Virus record (IMG/VR): IMGVR_UViG_3300024232_000024
Location: 1-42,759 of that record
Origin: a virus
Taxonomy: Duplodnaviria > Caudoviricetes
Reading direction: 5' to 3' (one strand)
DNA length: 42,759 bases
The first letter of the stretch is position 1. Every line of letters starts with the position of its first letter. The notes under the pieces were generated by a model. The model saw only the letters and a program-made list of their open reading frames with translations, did no database searches and had not been told where the DNA came from. Position numbers and translations under genes: made by a program. Shown here in pieces: positions 1 through 8,567 of the stretch.

Positions 1-443
1 ATCAAGAAGTCACTGACCACCGCGAGATAGCGCGCCTTGGGCGGGCTCCCGGCGACATCGGCAAAGATGACCCCCGACGAGACGTCACACGACTGCAATG
101 GATCGCTGATGTTCGTTGCGTAAACGTTTGGTCCGTATTGCGCGAACTGCCAGAGGTCGTCGGTGGCGAGGTGATAGCCGCCGACCTTGCTGAAATCGGA
201 CCATGCGGCCATGGACGCGAATTTCTCGAGTTTGGCGCTCGTCCCGGCGAAGACCGCCACGGCATTGCCCAGCGTCCGCCCCATGTAGGCCCCGCGGCAC
301 GCCGAGGGCAGCGCCGCCGAGGCAATCGCCATCTGCGGCCAGGGCACGTAACTGGTGCGGCCGGGGCGCACGCCCGAGATATCGCCGGCGAGCGCAACGT
401 CCAAAGTACTAGCATCCGGGGCCCACTTGCCGAACGGCGTCAT
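1..443 (-). CDS. P22 gp10-like tail stabilisation/nozzle protein, N-terminal part (runs off left end)
   Basis: Not in the ORF track because it has no stop. Manual translation from ATG 443: MTPFGKWAPDASTLDVAL...WQFAQYG...GSPPKARYLAVVSDFL, a typical start for this family. The C-terminal part is at the right end of the window. Confidence 0.75.
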   Translation of the reverse strand, partial: MTPFGKWAPDASTLDVALAGDISGVRPGRTSYVPWPQMAIASAALPSACRGAYMGRTLGNAVAVFAGTSAKLEKFASMAAWSDFSKVGGYHLATDDLWQFAQYGPNVYATNISDPLQSCDVSSGVIFADVAGSPPKARYLAVVSDFL

Positions 444-446
444 CAG

Positions 447-605
447 CTATTTTCCGACGTAGCTGCGCGACTTGGTGCCGCCGCCGCCGGTATGCCAGCG
501 ACCCGGCTGCGTCGAGGCGGGCCGTGTCTTGATGTCGGCGGGCGTGTTGCCCGTGTTGCTCTTCGCCGGGCGCTTGGCGGGCTTGGATTTCTGCTTGGTC
601 GCCAT
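447..605 (-). CDS. small basic hypothetical protein (52 aa)
   Basis: MATKQKSKPAKRPAK...; AGGAG RBS before ATG 605; fills the gap between adaptor and gp10-like genes. Confidence 0.65.
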   Translation of the reverse strand: MATKQKSKPAKRPAKSNTGNTPADIKTRPASTQPGRWHTGGGGTKSRSYVGK

Positions 606-613
606 TGGCTCTC

Positions 614-1246
614 CTAGAACGCTGTTGCCATGATCTGCGATGTGGCACGCTTGGAGCTCGTCTCGCGCTCGAGCCGCGCCTTGGCGCCCTCCGCGGCGGC
701 CGACATGCGCTGCGCCAAGCCGTCGTCGTTGGTGACATGCACCGCGAGCAGGAGCTTGGCGTGCGCGCGGATCAACTCGAACGCCTCGGTCATCCAGACA
801 TTGCCGATGGTGTCGTCGGTCGGGGCAGCCTTCTTGATGCCGCCGATGAGCCGGATGGTCGTGATCCTGTTCGGGATCGGGAAGAGCAACATCCCCCGAT
901 CGGCCCACGCCCAATTGAACGGATCGCCGCTCGATGCCGTCGAGTTGATCAGCGCTTCGAGCACGGTCGCGTCCTCGCGCGCCAGCGAGTAGATCTGATT
1001 GCCGGGGCCGGTAATCTGGACGTCGTCGACCGCGTACATGTTGGGGATGTCGGGATCGTCGGCGGAACTGTAGTAGCTCTGCCCGGCGACGGTCGCGAAG
1101 GTCGCGGTGCGCGTCTCGGTAAAATAGAACCTCGTCGAAGCGTAGTGCGTGATGGCGTCGTCGATCGCCGAGTAAATCTGGTTCGGGATGTCATAGCGCG
1201 CGAGGTCGTCCTCGATCCGCGATTTGAGCACCGATCGGGTGGTCAT
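614..1246 (-). CDS. head-to-tail adaptor (P22 gp4 / tail tubular A-like)
   Basis: MTTRSVLKSRIEDDLAR...AIDDAITHY...LFPIP; GGAGG RBS; position between capsid genes and gp10-like gene. Confidence 0.7.
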   Translation of the reverse strand: MTTRSVLKSRIEDDLARYDIPNQIYSAIDDAITHYASTRFYFTETRTATFATVAGQSYYSSADDPDIPNMYAVDDVQITGPGNQIYSLAREDATVLEALINSTASSGDPFNWAWADRGMLLFPIPNRITTIRLIGGIKKAAPTDDTIGNVWMTEAFELIRAHAKLLLAVHVTNDDGLAQRMSAAAEGAKARLERETSSKRATSQIMATAF

Positions 1247-1518
1247 GTTGCCTCCAGCTTCAGCCGCTCGGGGCAGCGTTTCACGTGAAAATGCAGAGCT
1301 TGCGGGAAGGCCTTGCCGCACCAGGCGCAGGTTCCAGGCTTGCCGCCGCGTGCCTTGGGTGAGGGGATTTCCGGCACCGCGATGATTTTGCCGGGCATGA
1401 TGCATTCAGCCATTTCCCGCCGGGCGGCTTCCAACTGTGCCTGCGCCTCCTGCCACGTCCCGCGCATGTAGGGGTCCAGCCCAGCCTCACGCAGCTTCGC
1501 TACTTGCCAGCGCCGCAT
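1243..1518 (-). CDS. small protein with putative zinc finger
   Basis: CAWCGKAFPQALHFHVKRC motif; stop overlaps the adaptor start. Confidence 0.55.
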   Translation of the reverse strand: MRRWQVAKLREAGLDPYMRGTWQEAQAQLEAARREMAECIMPGKIIAVPEIPSPKARGGKPGTCAWCGKAFPQALHFHVKRCPERLKLEAT

Positions 1519-2287
1519 GCGCTTCCTCCTCTTTCACAAACCGCACATTGCCGAGGTTGGCGTCATGGGCAACGCACCCGTCCCAATGAACCAGCTTCAG
1601 CCTCGGATCGACGTATATTTTGCAGCCCACCTGCTCCGCCCAACTACAGAACAGGAAGTCTTCGCCAATTAATCCGAGATACGGCCCCGGCACGCCGAGC
1701 GCCTCGAGCGCCGCCACCGTCTCGGCCGGCGGTGTCACCGGGTCGAGGCTCAGCCAGAAATAGTTGCGGTAGAAGCGCAGGTACTCGCCGACGATGATCG
1801 TGCCGTTGGGTAGGTAGCGCTGCGCCTGGCCGCTCTCGGCGAGCCGATCGAAGACGCTGCGGTCGATGCACACGAACGCCGTGGCGACACGATCCACGAG
1901 CCACAGACCAGTGGCTTCATCTTCCTTCGGCGGAATGTCCTTCCACCTTACGACCAGCCGCGCCGGCTCGTTCCACTTCGGGTTACGCGCCTGGTGTACG
2001 CCGCAGACAATGTCGACCGGCGCCAACAGCATGTTGATGGCATCGTCTACGCTGTCCTCCCAAGAGATATCGGCGTCGACGAACCAGACCTTGTCGCAGT
2101 CCGCCGCGAGCGCCTGCGCCACGCACCAGTTGCGGGCGTCCGGGAGGATCGGGCAACCGCGGCCGGTGATCAGCAATATCTCGATGCCGCGGGCCGCCGC
2201 CGCGCCCATCGTCTTGACCACGGACGCCATCAGCGCGTCCTGAACGTGACCCGTGTAAGTGGGCACACACAAAGCGACCTTCATCAT
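1487..2287 (-). CDS. GT-A fold (family 2-like) glycosyltransferase
   Basis: KVALCVPTY, ARN, WFVDADISW (DxD) and GEDFLFC motifs; GGAG RBS. Confidence 0.8.
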   Translation of the reverse strand: MMKVALCVPTYTGHVQDALMASVVKTMGAAAARGIEILLITGRGCPILPDARNWCVAQALAADCDKVWFVDADISWEDSVDDAINMLLAPVDIVCGVHQARNPKWNEPARLVVRWKDIPPKEDEATGLWLVDRVATAFVCIDRSVFDRLAESGQAQRYLPNGTIIVGEYLRFYRNYFWLSLDPVTPPAETVAALEALGVPGPYLGLIGEDFLFCSWAEQVGCKIYVDPRLKLVHWDGCVAHDANLGNVRFVKEEEAHAALASSEAA

Positions 2288-2297
2288 GTCTCCAAAT

Positions 2298-2331
2298 AAA
2301 AGGCGGCGGGCGCCGGGATGAAGCGCCCGCC
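2298..2331 (-). terminator. probable intrinsic terminator after the capsid/decoration genes
   Basis: 9-bp stem GGCGGGCGC/GCGCCCGCC followed by a short T-run on the minus strand. Confidence 0.55.
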
Positions 2332-2371
2332 AGATGCCCCGAGGGAGGGTTCCGGGGCCCGTTCGCTTAGC

Positions 2372-2782
2372 TCAGGAGACAACTCCTGCATACTTGATGA
2401 TGAACGTCGCATTTCCCGTTGTGGCTGCAGTTCCCGTCTGGGTATACTTTACGTATACCTGGGTGTCGGCCGCCAGTTTGCCGAGTGCAGTGCCGGTCGG
2501 GGCCAGATTGAGCACCAGTCCCGCCGTGGCCGCGACCGTTGCCACGATGTTGTTCGCCGTCGTCCCATTAAGGCCGATGGTGAGCACGTTCGTGGTAGCC
2601 GCATTGAACGCGGTGTTCACGCTCACGTCCGTCGAGAGGATGATCGCTCCCGCCGGCAGCCATTTGCCCGTCGCGATACCCGTCGCGGCGCCCGTGTCGT
2701 TGAAGTTCACGTCCTGGCAGATCGTGTTGACGACCTGCAGGTGTCCGCGGCGGCCGGGGCCGCCCTGTGTTCCGGTAGCCAT
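2372..2782 (-). CDS. probable capsid decoration/cement protein
   Basis: Thr/Ala/Gly-rich beta protein with LPAGAII...V.TAFNAATTNVL.IG; directly after major capsid; AGGAGG RBS. Confidence 0.65.
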   Translation of the reverse strand: MATGTQGGPGRRGHLQVVNTICQDVNFNDTGAATGIATGKWLPAGAIILSTDVSVNTAFNAATTNVLTIGLNGTTANNIVATVAATAGLVLNLAPTGTALGKLAADTQVYVKYTQTGTAATTGNATFIIKYAGVVS

Positions 2783-2799
2783 GTTCTGTTTCCTCCTGG

Positions 2800-3888
2800 C
2801 TACGCGTGGGCCGCGGCCCAGCTATCGACGGCGATGACGCCGAAGTCGACGCTGTTGAACTGCGTCTTCTTCATGCCGAACATCGCCTGCGCGCTGATGC
2901 CGAGCTCCCGCTCGTAGTCGAACAGCTCCTCGACCCAGTCGAAGGTGTTCTCGTCGGTGTTCATGGCGAAGCCGAGTGCGGCCGCCTGAGCGCCGAGCAG
3001 GACCGCCCGCCGGGTGGATGCCACGGCCACGCCGGTCGTGGAGTTGGTGGCGAGCGGCACGTCGAACGCCGAGCGCAGGACCACGCCGTTGTATTCGCCG
3101 AGGGCCCCGGTGTAGATCGGCGACTTCGAGTTACGCCCGCCCATCAACGCCGCCTTCTCGATGTCGAACCAGTTGCCGGCGGTAGATGCGTCCACACGCA
3201 GGTCGGTGACCTGATATGGGTGCAAATACATGCAGTATTTCTCTTCGCCGTTTATCATAACCGGGCGGATCGGGCCGGTGGTTGCTGTCGAGGTCTTGGC
3301 GACTTCCACCGCGTAGTCGATGTACTTGAGCATGAACTTGTCGGAACTGCCCAAGCTCTCGGCGGCGGTCGTGGTCGTCGCGTTGCAAGCAAGACGGCGG
3401 CCGCTGCTGTATGCGGTCGTCGCCTGGAGGCCCGTGTATTTCGTCCTCGTCTCCGCGGTGTTGCTGCACACCTGGTTGAAGAACGACACCGACATGCGCT
3501 TGGCGTACCAGTCGCGCAGGCCCGACTTGCCCTCGTCGCGCAGGTTGAACTGCACGCGCTTGGCATCGATGCGGCCCTCGTTTCGCACGCGAACCGCGTG
3601 CGACAGCTCGTTGATGAACACCGCATCCGAGTAGGTAGTCAGCGATTCCTCGTTGCCTTCCAGGGTCTCGTTCTCGGTGACGCCGTCCCCGATGAGCTGG
3701 GTGCGGAGGCCGAACGTCACTTTGTCGCCTGCGCCTTTGTTGAACTCTTCCTTGCGGTGGATGATGCTGTCGGGCGAAGTTCCGATGAGGGGCGCGATGC
3801 TGGTTGCCTTGAGCGCCTCGACGGAAAGCTTCTTCGCCCACAGTTTCACCGCCAGGGCGTCATTGACGCCGTAGCTGGTCACAGCCAT
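2800..3888 (-). CDS. major capsid protein, N4-gp56/DUF4043 family
   Basis: MAVTSYGVNDALAVKLWAKKL...GDKVTFGLR...LEGNEESL...GALGEYNGVVL...WVEELFDY...GMKKTQFNSVDFGVI; AGGAG RBS before ATG 3888. Confidence 0.9.
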   Translation of the reverse strand: MAVTSYGVNDALAVKLWAKKLSVEALKATSIAPLIGTSPDSIIHRKEEFNKGAGDKVTFGLRTQLIGDGVTENETLEGNEESLTTYSDAVFINELSHAVRVRNEGRIDAKRVQFNLRDEGKSGLRDWYAKRMSVSFFNQVCSNTAETRTKYTGLQATTAYSSGRRLACNATTTTAAESLGSSDKFMLKYIDYAVEVAKTSTATTGPIRPVMINGEEKYCMYLHPYQVTDLRVDASTAGNWFDIEKAALMGGRNSKSPIYTGALGEYNGVVLRSAFDVPLATNSTTGVAVASTRRAVLLGAQAAALGFAMNTDENTFDWVEELFDYERELGISAQAMFGMKKTQFNSVDFGVIAVDSWAAAHA

Positions 3889-3910
3889 GAAAATGGCTCC
3901 TGTGGTTGAT

Positions 3911-4070
3911 GGAAACTTGGGTTTCTTCCGTCCGGTTTGACGCTCACCGGCAGGGCGCAGCACGTTTTGTCGTCAACGGCCAACGGTCGGGTTTGACGTT
4001 CACCCGGCGAGACGCAGCACGTTATATCGTCAACGGCCAACGTAGCGTTTTACGGCCGCCGCCGTACGCA
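3911..4070 (-). ncRNA. putative structured cis-regulatory RNA in the capsid leader (tandem two-hairpin unit)
   Basis: Two near-identical ~52-nt units (3934-3985, 3990-4042), hairpins with a compensatory base change and complementary loops. Confidence 0.55.
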
Positions 4071-4088
4071 CTTACACCAATGGCAGAA

Positions 4089-4241
4089 CTACTTGTAGCG
4101 ACCGCCCTTGCTGCCGCCCTTGGAGCCGCCGCCCTTGACGCTCGCCATGCCGCCGACCGGATGACCACCCCCCTTCGGCGACATGCTCACCGGAGCGGGA
4201 GCGGCCTTGCCGCCGCCCTTCGTTTTCGTCGAGTTACCCAT
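4089..4241 (-). CDS. small Gly/Lys-rich protein (50 aa)
   Basis: Manual translation MGNSTKTKGGGKAAPAPVSMSPKGGGHPVGGMASVKGGGSKGGSKGGRYK; strong AAAGGAG RBS; below the ORF-track cutoff. Confidence 0.65.
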   Translation of the reverse strand: MGNSTKTKGGGKAAPAPVSMSPKGGGHPVGGMASVKGGGSKGGSKGGRYK

Positions 4242-4260
4242 TTGTCTTCTCCTTTCACGC

Positions 4261-5217
4261 TTAACGCCGGCTCCGCGCCGGTTCCTTGCCCATCAGCCGA
4301 TCCGCGGCCCTCGGGTTCTTGCTCACCCAGACGTCGAAATCCTCGTTGCTCATGGTCGCGAGTAGGGTTGCCGTCATCTGCACGGGCGCGGCGCCGCCCC
4401 CCGTGCCGGACAGCGTCCGGTTACGCTCCTGGCCGGTGGCGACGCGCTCGATCTGCCGGTCGGCGGCGTTGTCGTGCCCGTTGCCGGCATGCCCGTTGCC
4501 GGCCTTGTAGCCGCGCTGCCTGGCGATCGTGTAGAGCGTTTCGGCCGGCGATACGCGGCGCTGGAAGGCGTTGGCCGCGAGGTCCATCTCCTCCTGCTGC
4601 AGCGCCGTGATCACCTGCGACTGATTCAGCCCGAAGGCCTGCATTTCGTTGGCGCGGCTCTGCAACCAGAACCGATAGGCCTCGTTGTAATCCGGCGTCT
4701 GCGCCTTGAACCTGACGGCATCAGCCTCCGCGGCGCTCGCCAATTGCCGCGCCTGTGCCTCCTGCTGCTGCTGCTCCGTCCATTGCTGGCTGCCTTGCTG
4801 CAAGCCCTGTTCGAGGCGCTCAATACGCTGCTGAAGATGTTCGCCGGCAGCGATCGGATCGACGGCCCAGGCGGGCGCCTCCGGTGGCTGCGGCCGGTTC
4901 ATCTCCTCGATGATGCGCAGGCGCTCGTCGATGCGGGCGCGCTCCTCGCTCATCCGCCGGTTATCGGCCTCGAGCTGCTGGCGGATGCGCCGCTCTTCGT
5001 GGAACGCCGCATGTGGGACGAACTGCCCACGTTCGGGCTTGCGCTCAGCCTCGCCCTCGCCCTCGCCCTCCGGGGCCTCGCCTTCCTCGTCTTCCGCCGG
5101 CGGTGCCGCGGCCTCCGGTTCGGCCTGCTCCTCGGCCGGCTCGGGTTCGGTCGGCGCCGAGGTGACTTCCTGCATGGCCGCAAAAGCAGCGTCTTCGGCT
5201 TTACTCATCTCAGGCAC
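4261..5217 (-). CDS. capsid scaffolding protein
   Basis: Acidic N-terminus, VPHAAFHEERRIRQQLE motif, coiled coil, located upstream of the major capsid gene. Confidence 0.75.
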   Translation of the reverse strand: MPEMSKAEDAAFAAMQEVTSAPTEPEPAEEQAEPEAAAPPAEDEEGEAPEGEGEGEAERKPERGQFVPHAAFHEERRIRQQLEADNRRMSEERARIDERLRIIEEMNRPQPPEAPAWAVDPIAAGEHLQQRIERLEQGLQQGSQQWTEQQQQEAQARQLASAAEADAVRFKAQTPDYNEAYRFWLQSRANEMQAFGLNQSQVITALQQEEMDLAANAFQRRVSPAETLYTIARQRGYKAGNGHAGNGHDNAADRQIERVATGQERNRTLSGTGGGAAPVQMTATLLATMSNEDFDVWVSKNPRAADRLMGKEPARSRR

Positions 5218-5218
5218 G

Positions 5219-5899
5219 TCACATGCTCCTCAAGCGTCCTGGTGTGAACAGGAACGGCAAATTATGCGGTAGCCCATCGGTGGGCGGGGTTACAGGGTGC
5301 GGGACGCCGGCACCGCCGCCCCAGAAGGCGAGCAGGCTGCGGAAGCCGGATCCGGCGGCGCCAGGGGCGATGTAGCCGGCCCCGCCCATCCAGAACGCCA
5401 GCATGTTGCGGGTTCCGACAGCGCTGCCAGTCGGCCCTGCGCCCAGATCCAGCCCGATGAAACAGTCGTTCGGAGTTCCCGTCGACAGGGCGCCCGCCGG
5501 GACGCGATAGCTGTCATAAATGTTGACGATGCTGGCGGCATACACCACCGCGCCGGGATTGCACCACGTCTGCCCGTCAAACGCAGTGACCGCCATGAGC
5601 AGCGAGTAGTAGCCATTGGCGAGAAGCGTGAGTGGAGTGACGCTCGTCCAGGCAAAACTGCCCACGCTGATGCCGGTATAGTCGATGACGGCGGTCGCAA
5701 TGAGAGTGTCGGTGAACCACTCATAGAGCTTGACCGTATGGGTGCCGGTTTGGGCACTCGAGTGCCTGCGCGCCCCGATCCAATTGATCGGGATGTCCGA
5801 GGTGCCGATGCCAATCCTGACACCCACCTCGCCCGTGAAGTCATTTCGGTCGCTCCCCGGCGTGTAGGAGACGAGAAGGGACGAGGTTGGCCCAGGCAT
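5219..5899 (-). CDS. putative virion protein with a DUF4082-like beta-sandwich
   Basis: RNDFTGEVGVRI...HTVKLY...W....PLTLLANGYYSL pattern; duplicated LAFWxGGAG motif near the C-terminus. Confidence 0.45.
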   Translation of the reverse strand: MPGPTSSLLVSYTPGSDRNDFTGEVGVRIGIGTSDIPINWIGARRHSSAQTGTHTVKLYEWFTDTLIATAVIDYTGISVGSFAWTSVTPLTLLANGYYSLLMAVTAFDGQTWCNPGAVVYAASIVNIYDSYRVPAGALSTGTPNDCFIGLDLGAGPTGSAVGTRNMLAFWMGGAGYIAPGAAGSGFRSLLAFWGGGAGVPHPVTPPTDGLPHNLPFLFTPGRLRSM

Positions 5900-5906
5900 C
5901 TACTAA

Positions 5907-6899
5907 TCACGCCGGATCGCTCGTCGTGATCGGATCAGCACCCGCGGTGCCGGTCAGCGTGCTCGTCCAGCTCGAGGTGCTGTCGTCTTCCTTGTAGACG
6001 GTCAGCGTGCCTGACGTGATCTGCCACTTGTTGCGCAGGAAGCGCAGCGCCTGGCGCACGGTGCGCACGCTGCTCGAGCCGCTGTCGGTGCCGGTCGTCA
6101 TGTTGCGGTCGAGGATCGCGTCGGCGACGCTGTTGCGTTCAGAGCTCGTCAGGGCCACCGCGGCGGTGACCGAGCCGACACTGCCGACGACATTGCCGCC
6201 AACGTTGCCGGTGACCGAGCCCACCGCGCCAGTGACCGAGGCGACTGAGCCCACGACGTTGCCGCCGACGTTGCCCGTGACGGAGCCTACCGCGCCGGAC
6301 ACCGAAGCGACAGAACCCGTCACCGAACCTACCGCGCCGCTCACGCTCGCTACCACCTGCGTCGAGGAGATCGTGGTGCCGGTGAGGGCATTAGTCGTCG
6401 TCGGTGAGCCCACGTTCGCCCAGTCGACGCCCGCCTCGCCCGTGGCGCTCACGTCGAGGGTTCGGGCGGCTACGGTCGGCGCCAAGCGGCTGCTCACGGC
6501 CGCATCCAGGTTCGCCAGCCCCGCTGCCGTGGCGTCCTGGAGATCCACCCCGGTGAGCTGTATGGCGATGCTCACCTGCGCCATGCCGGTGGCGCCCTTC
6601 AGCGTCACCACAACACTATCGGCGCCCGACGCTACCGCCGCGTTCGGCACATCCAGCCGGTAGACGCCAGGCATGTTGGCGCTGTCCACCTCGGCGAAAC
6701 CGCCGCTCGACCAGGCGCCACTGGCGGTTTGCGTCACCAGCGTGATGGCGGTCGCGGCAGCGCCGATGCGAGCGTAATAGGCCGTCAGGCCCGAGGTGCC
6801 GAAGGCGAGCCCGGTCTTGCGGCCGCCCGTGGTGCTCGTGCTGTCCAGCACCTCGATGTAGACGGTCTGGCTGGTGGCACCCTTCTTGATAAGCCTCAT
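5907..6899 (-). CDS. putative fibre/structural protein with VGSVTG repeats
   Basis: MRLIKKGATSQTVYIEVLDSTSTTGG...MPGVYRLDVP; ATG overlaps upstream TGA. Confidence 0.6.
   Translation of the reverse strand: MRLIKKGATSQTVYIEVLDSTSTTGGRKTGLAFGTSGLTAYYARIGAAATAITLVTQTASGAWSSGGFAEVDSANMPGVYRLDVPNAAVASGADSVVVTLKGATGMAQVSIAIQLTGVDLQDATAAGLANLDAAVSSRLAPTVAARTLDVSATGEAGVDWANVGSPTTTNALTGTTISSTQVVASVSGAVGSVTGSVASVSGAVGSVTGNVGGNVVGSVASVTGAVGSVTGNVGGNVVGSVGSVTAAVALTSSERNSVADAILDRNMTTGTDSGSSSVRTVRQALRFLRNKWQITSGTLTVYKEDDSTSSWTSTLTGTAGADPITTSDPA
6160..6355 (-). repeat. coding tandem repeats (VGSVTG/NVGGNVV)
   Basis: VASVSGAVGSVTGSVASVSGAVGSVTGNVGGNVVGSVASVTGAVGSVTGNVGGNVVGSVGSVT in translation. Confidence 0.8.
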
Positions 6900-8257
6900 G
6901 ACATGCCACCCCAAAGGCCCGGATTAACCAAGAGCCCGCCCCCGCCGCCGCCACCACCAGTGTCTTGATGCTGCGCCGCGCCGATGTCGGGATAGCTCGC
7001 CGTCAGTCCTAACGAGAACAACGCCGGCAGGCCCGCCGCCCGTAGAGACGCACCGGCCCCGGCCGTATTGTTAAGCGCGAAGTTGCCGCTTGCCGCATTC
7101 ACGAACGCTGATCCCGAGAGGGCAATCGCGCCAATTAGGCTCGGATTGAGCGATGGCGCATTAACCCCACCGCTGGCATTGCCATAAGTAGAGCAGTTAA
7201 AAGTGATGGTTCCGGCTGCAGCACCAGAAAAATTAAAGCCATATGCAGCGTTAGCCTCCGCATGGCAGTTTATCCAGTGAGCAGAAGCCTGAGGAACGGC
7301 ACTCGACTGCCTACCACCACTACGACCGTTATTATACATTATGCAGTTTTCAGCCACGCCACCACCCGTCAGATCTATTCCATCGGTAGACCCACCAGTA
7401 TTTCCATAAATCAGACAATCGTTCCAGTAGCCAGACTGACATTGCGTCGTAGTGTTCGCATAAATCTCACAGGCGAAAGCATTCGAGCCAGAAGCACCAG
7501 CAGTGCCAAAGATGGAAGCTGAATTGGCAGTAATTTCACAAAAAACTGCTCGTATTGTACTAACTGATGCGCTATTGAACCCGTGTATCTTGCAACGATA
7601 AAAATTCCCCGCCTGCGCGAGTTTGGAAGATGTCTGCGAATTTCCATCACAGTCAATATTTATGAATATTCCAGCCATGAAGCCCATGGTCACTAACGTG
7701 GCGCTTGCCACGTTTAGCTGTAACACCGGCTTGGTGTCGGTGTTACTTATAGTTCTTGTGGTGGAATAACCCACCCAGGCAACGCTCGACGTCGAATTCA
7801 AGCAGCCATTAGAGACGTTGGCGGATGCGCTTGTAATTGAGTAAGTGCCGGCCTTGATAAAGACGATGTTACCGCTGATCACCACGGCGCCGTTCTTGCC
7901 CGGTGACGCAAGCGCCCCACCCATCGCGCCAACGCATGTTTGGCCCGCCGAGCCCACCACACGGTCCATCGTCCATTGCTGGCCGGAACGCGACACGATC
8001 TGATACCAGCCAGCGACGGCAGTTCCACCAGTGATCTGAAGGAAATTACCCACATCACCTGCAGCGCAGGTGTAATCGCCCGCACTAACGTCAATTATGG
8101 TCGTCGTTCCATTTACCACGCTCGCCGCTGTGAGCGTGGCGTGAGCCGTGGTCGCCTGCGAGTAATCCGTCCCGCCCCCACCGGAGACGTAGCCGCCGCC
8201 ATTGTTGTCGGAGCCGCCAGTCTGAACTTCCCAGACGGTGTTACCGGATAAAGCCAT
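6896..8257 (-). CDS. right-handed beta-helix (pectin-lyase-like) spike/fibre protein
   Basis: Repeating Asn/Cys ladders (CEIYANT, DCLIYGNT, NCIMYNN, NCSTYGN), IVFIKAGTY, C-terminal PDIGAAQ. Confidence 0.65.
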   Translation of the reverse strand: MALSGNTVWEVQTGGSDNNGGGYVSGGGGTDYSQATTAHATLTAASVVNGTTTIIDVSAGDYTCAAGDVGNFLQITGGTAVAGWYQIVSRSGQQWTMDRVVGSAGQTCVGAMGGALASPGKNGAVVISGNIVFIKAGTYSITSASANVSNGCLNSTSSVAWVGYSTTRTISNTDTKPVLQLNVASATLVTMGFMAGIFINIDCDGNSQTSSKLAQAGNFYRCKIHGFNSASVSTIRAVFCEITANSASIFGTAGASGSNAFACEIYANTTTQCQSGYWNDCLIYGNTGGSTDGIDLTGGGVAENCIMYNNGRSGGRQSSAVPQASAHWINCHAEANAAYGFNFSGAAAGTITFNCSTYGNASGGVNAPSLNPSLIGAIALSGSAFVNAASGNFALNNTAGAGASLRAAGLPALFSLGLTASYPDIGAAQHQDTGGGGGGGGLLVNPGLWGGMS

Positions 8258-8258
8258 A

Positions 8259-8558
8259 TCAGCTCGCCGTCAGGGGACGCACGCACGGCAGGGCAATGAT
8301 CTGATCGTTGATATCCACGATCAGCGTACTCATGATCGTCATGACCTGAGAAACGTTCAGCGCAGTCAATCGAGAGCGCCCATCGGCCGGATCGTCACCC
8401 ACGACATCCGCCCCATTGGCAAAAAACACATTCGTGCCGCCATCCCACTGTGTCTCCGCGCTGACCATGAGCACCTTCAGTGCCCTGATCTGCTCACAGA
8501 GAGGGCGCACCTGCTCATTGACGAACTTGAGCGCAATGGGGTCGCTGATCACTGCCAT
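8259..8558 (-). CDS. hypothetical protein
   Basis: AGGAG RBS; tightly packed in the operon. Confidence 0.7.
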   Translation of the reverse strand: MAVISDPIALKFVNEQVRPLCEQIRALKVLMVSAETQWDGGTNVFFANGADVVGDDPADGRSRLTALNVSQVMTIMSTLIVDINDQIIALPCVRPLTAS

Positions 8559-8567
8559 GATATTCTC

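Noticed and set aside
2-415. 137-aa minus-strand ORF from the track
   Set aside because: Wrong frame; the frame starting at ATG 443 gives the recognisable gp10-like sequence
2806-3909. 367-aa plus-strand ORF (and similar long ORFs at 4474-5247, 10545-11675, 12031-13317, 15003-15686, 37824-38807)
   Set aside because: Antisense shadows of well-supported minus-strand genes, expected in high-GC DNA; no motifs or RBS
3934-4042. Capsid-leader repeats as a mini-CRISPR array or tandem sigma70 promoters (TTGACG)
   Set aside because: Only two adjacent units with no unique spacers and no cas genes; no plausible -10 box at 16-18 bp from TTGACG
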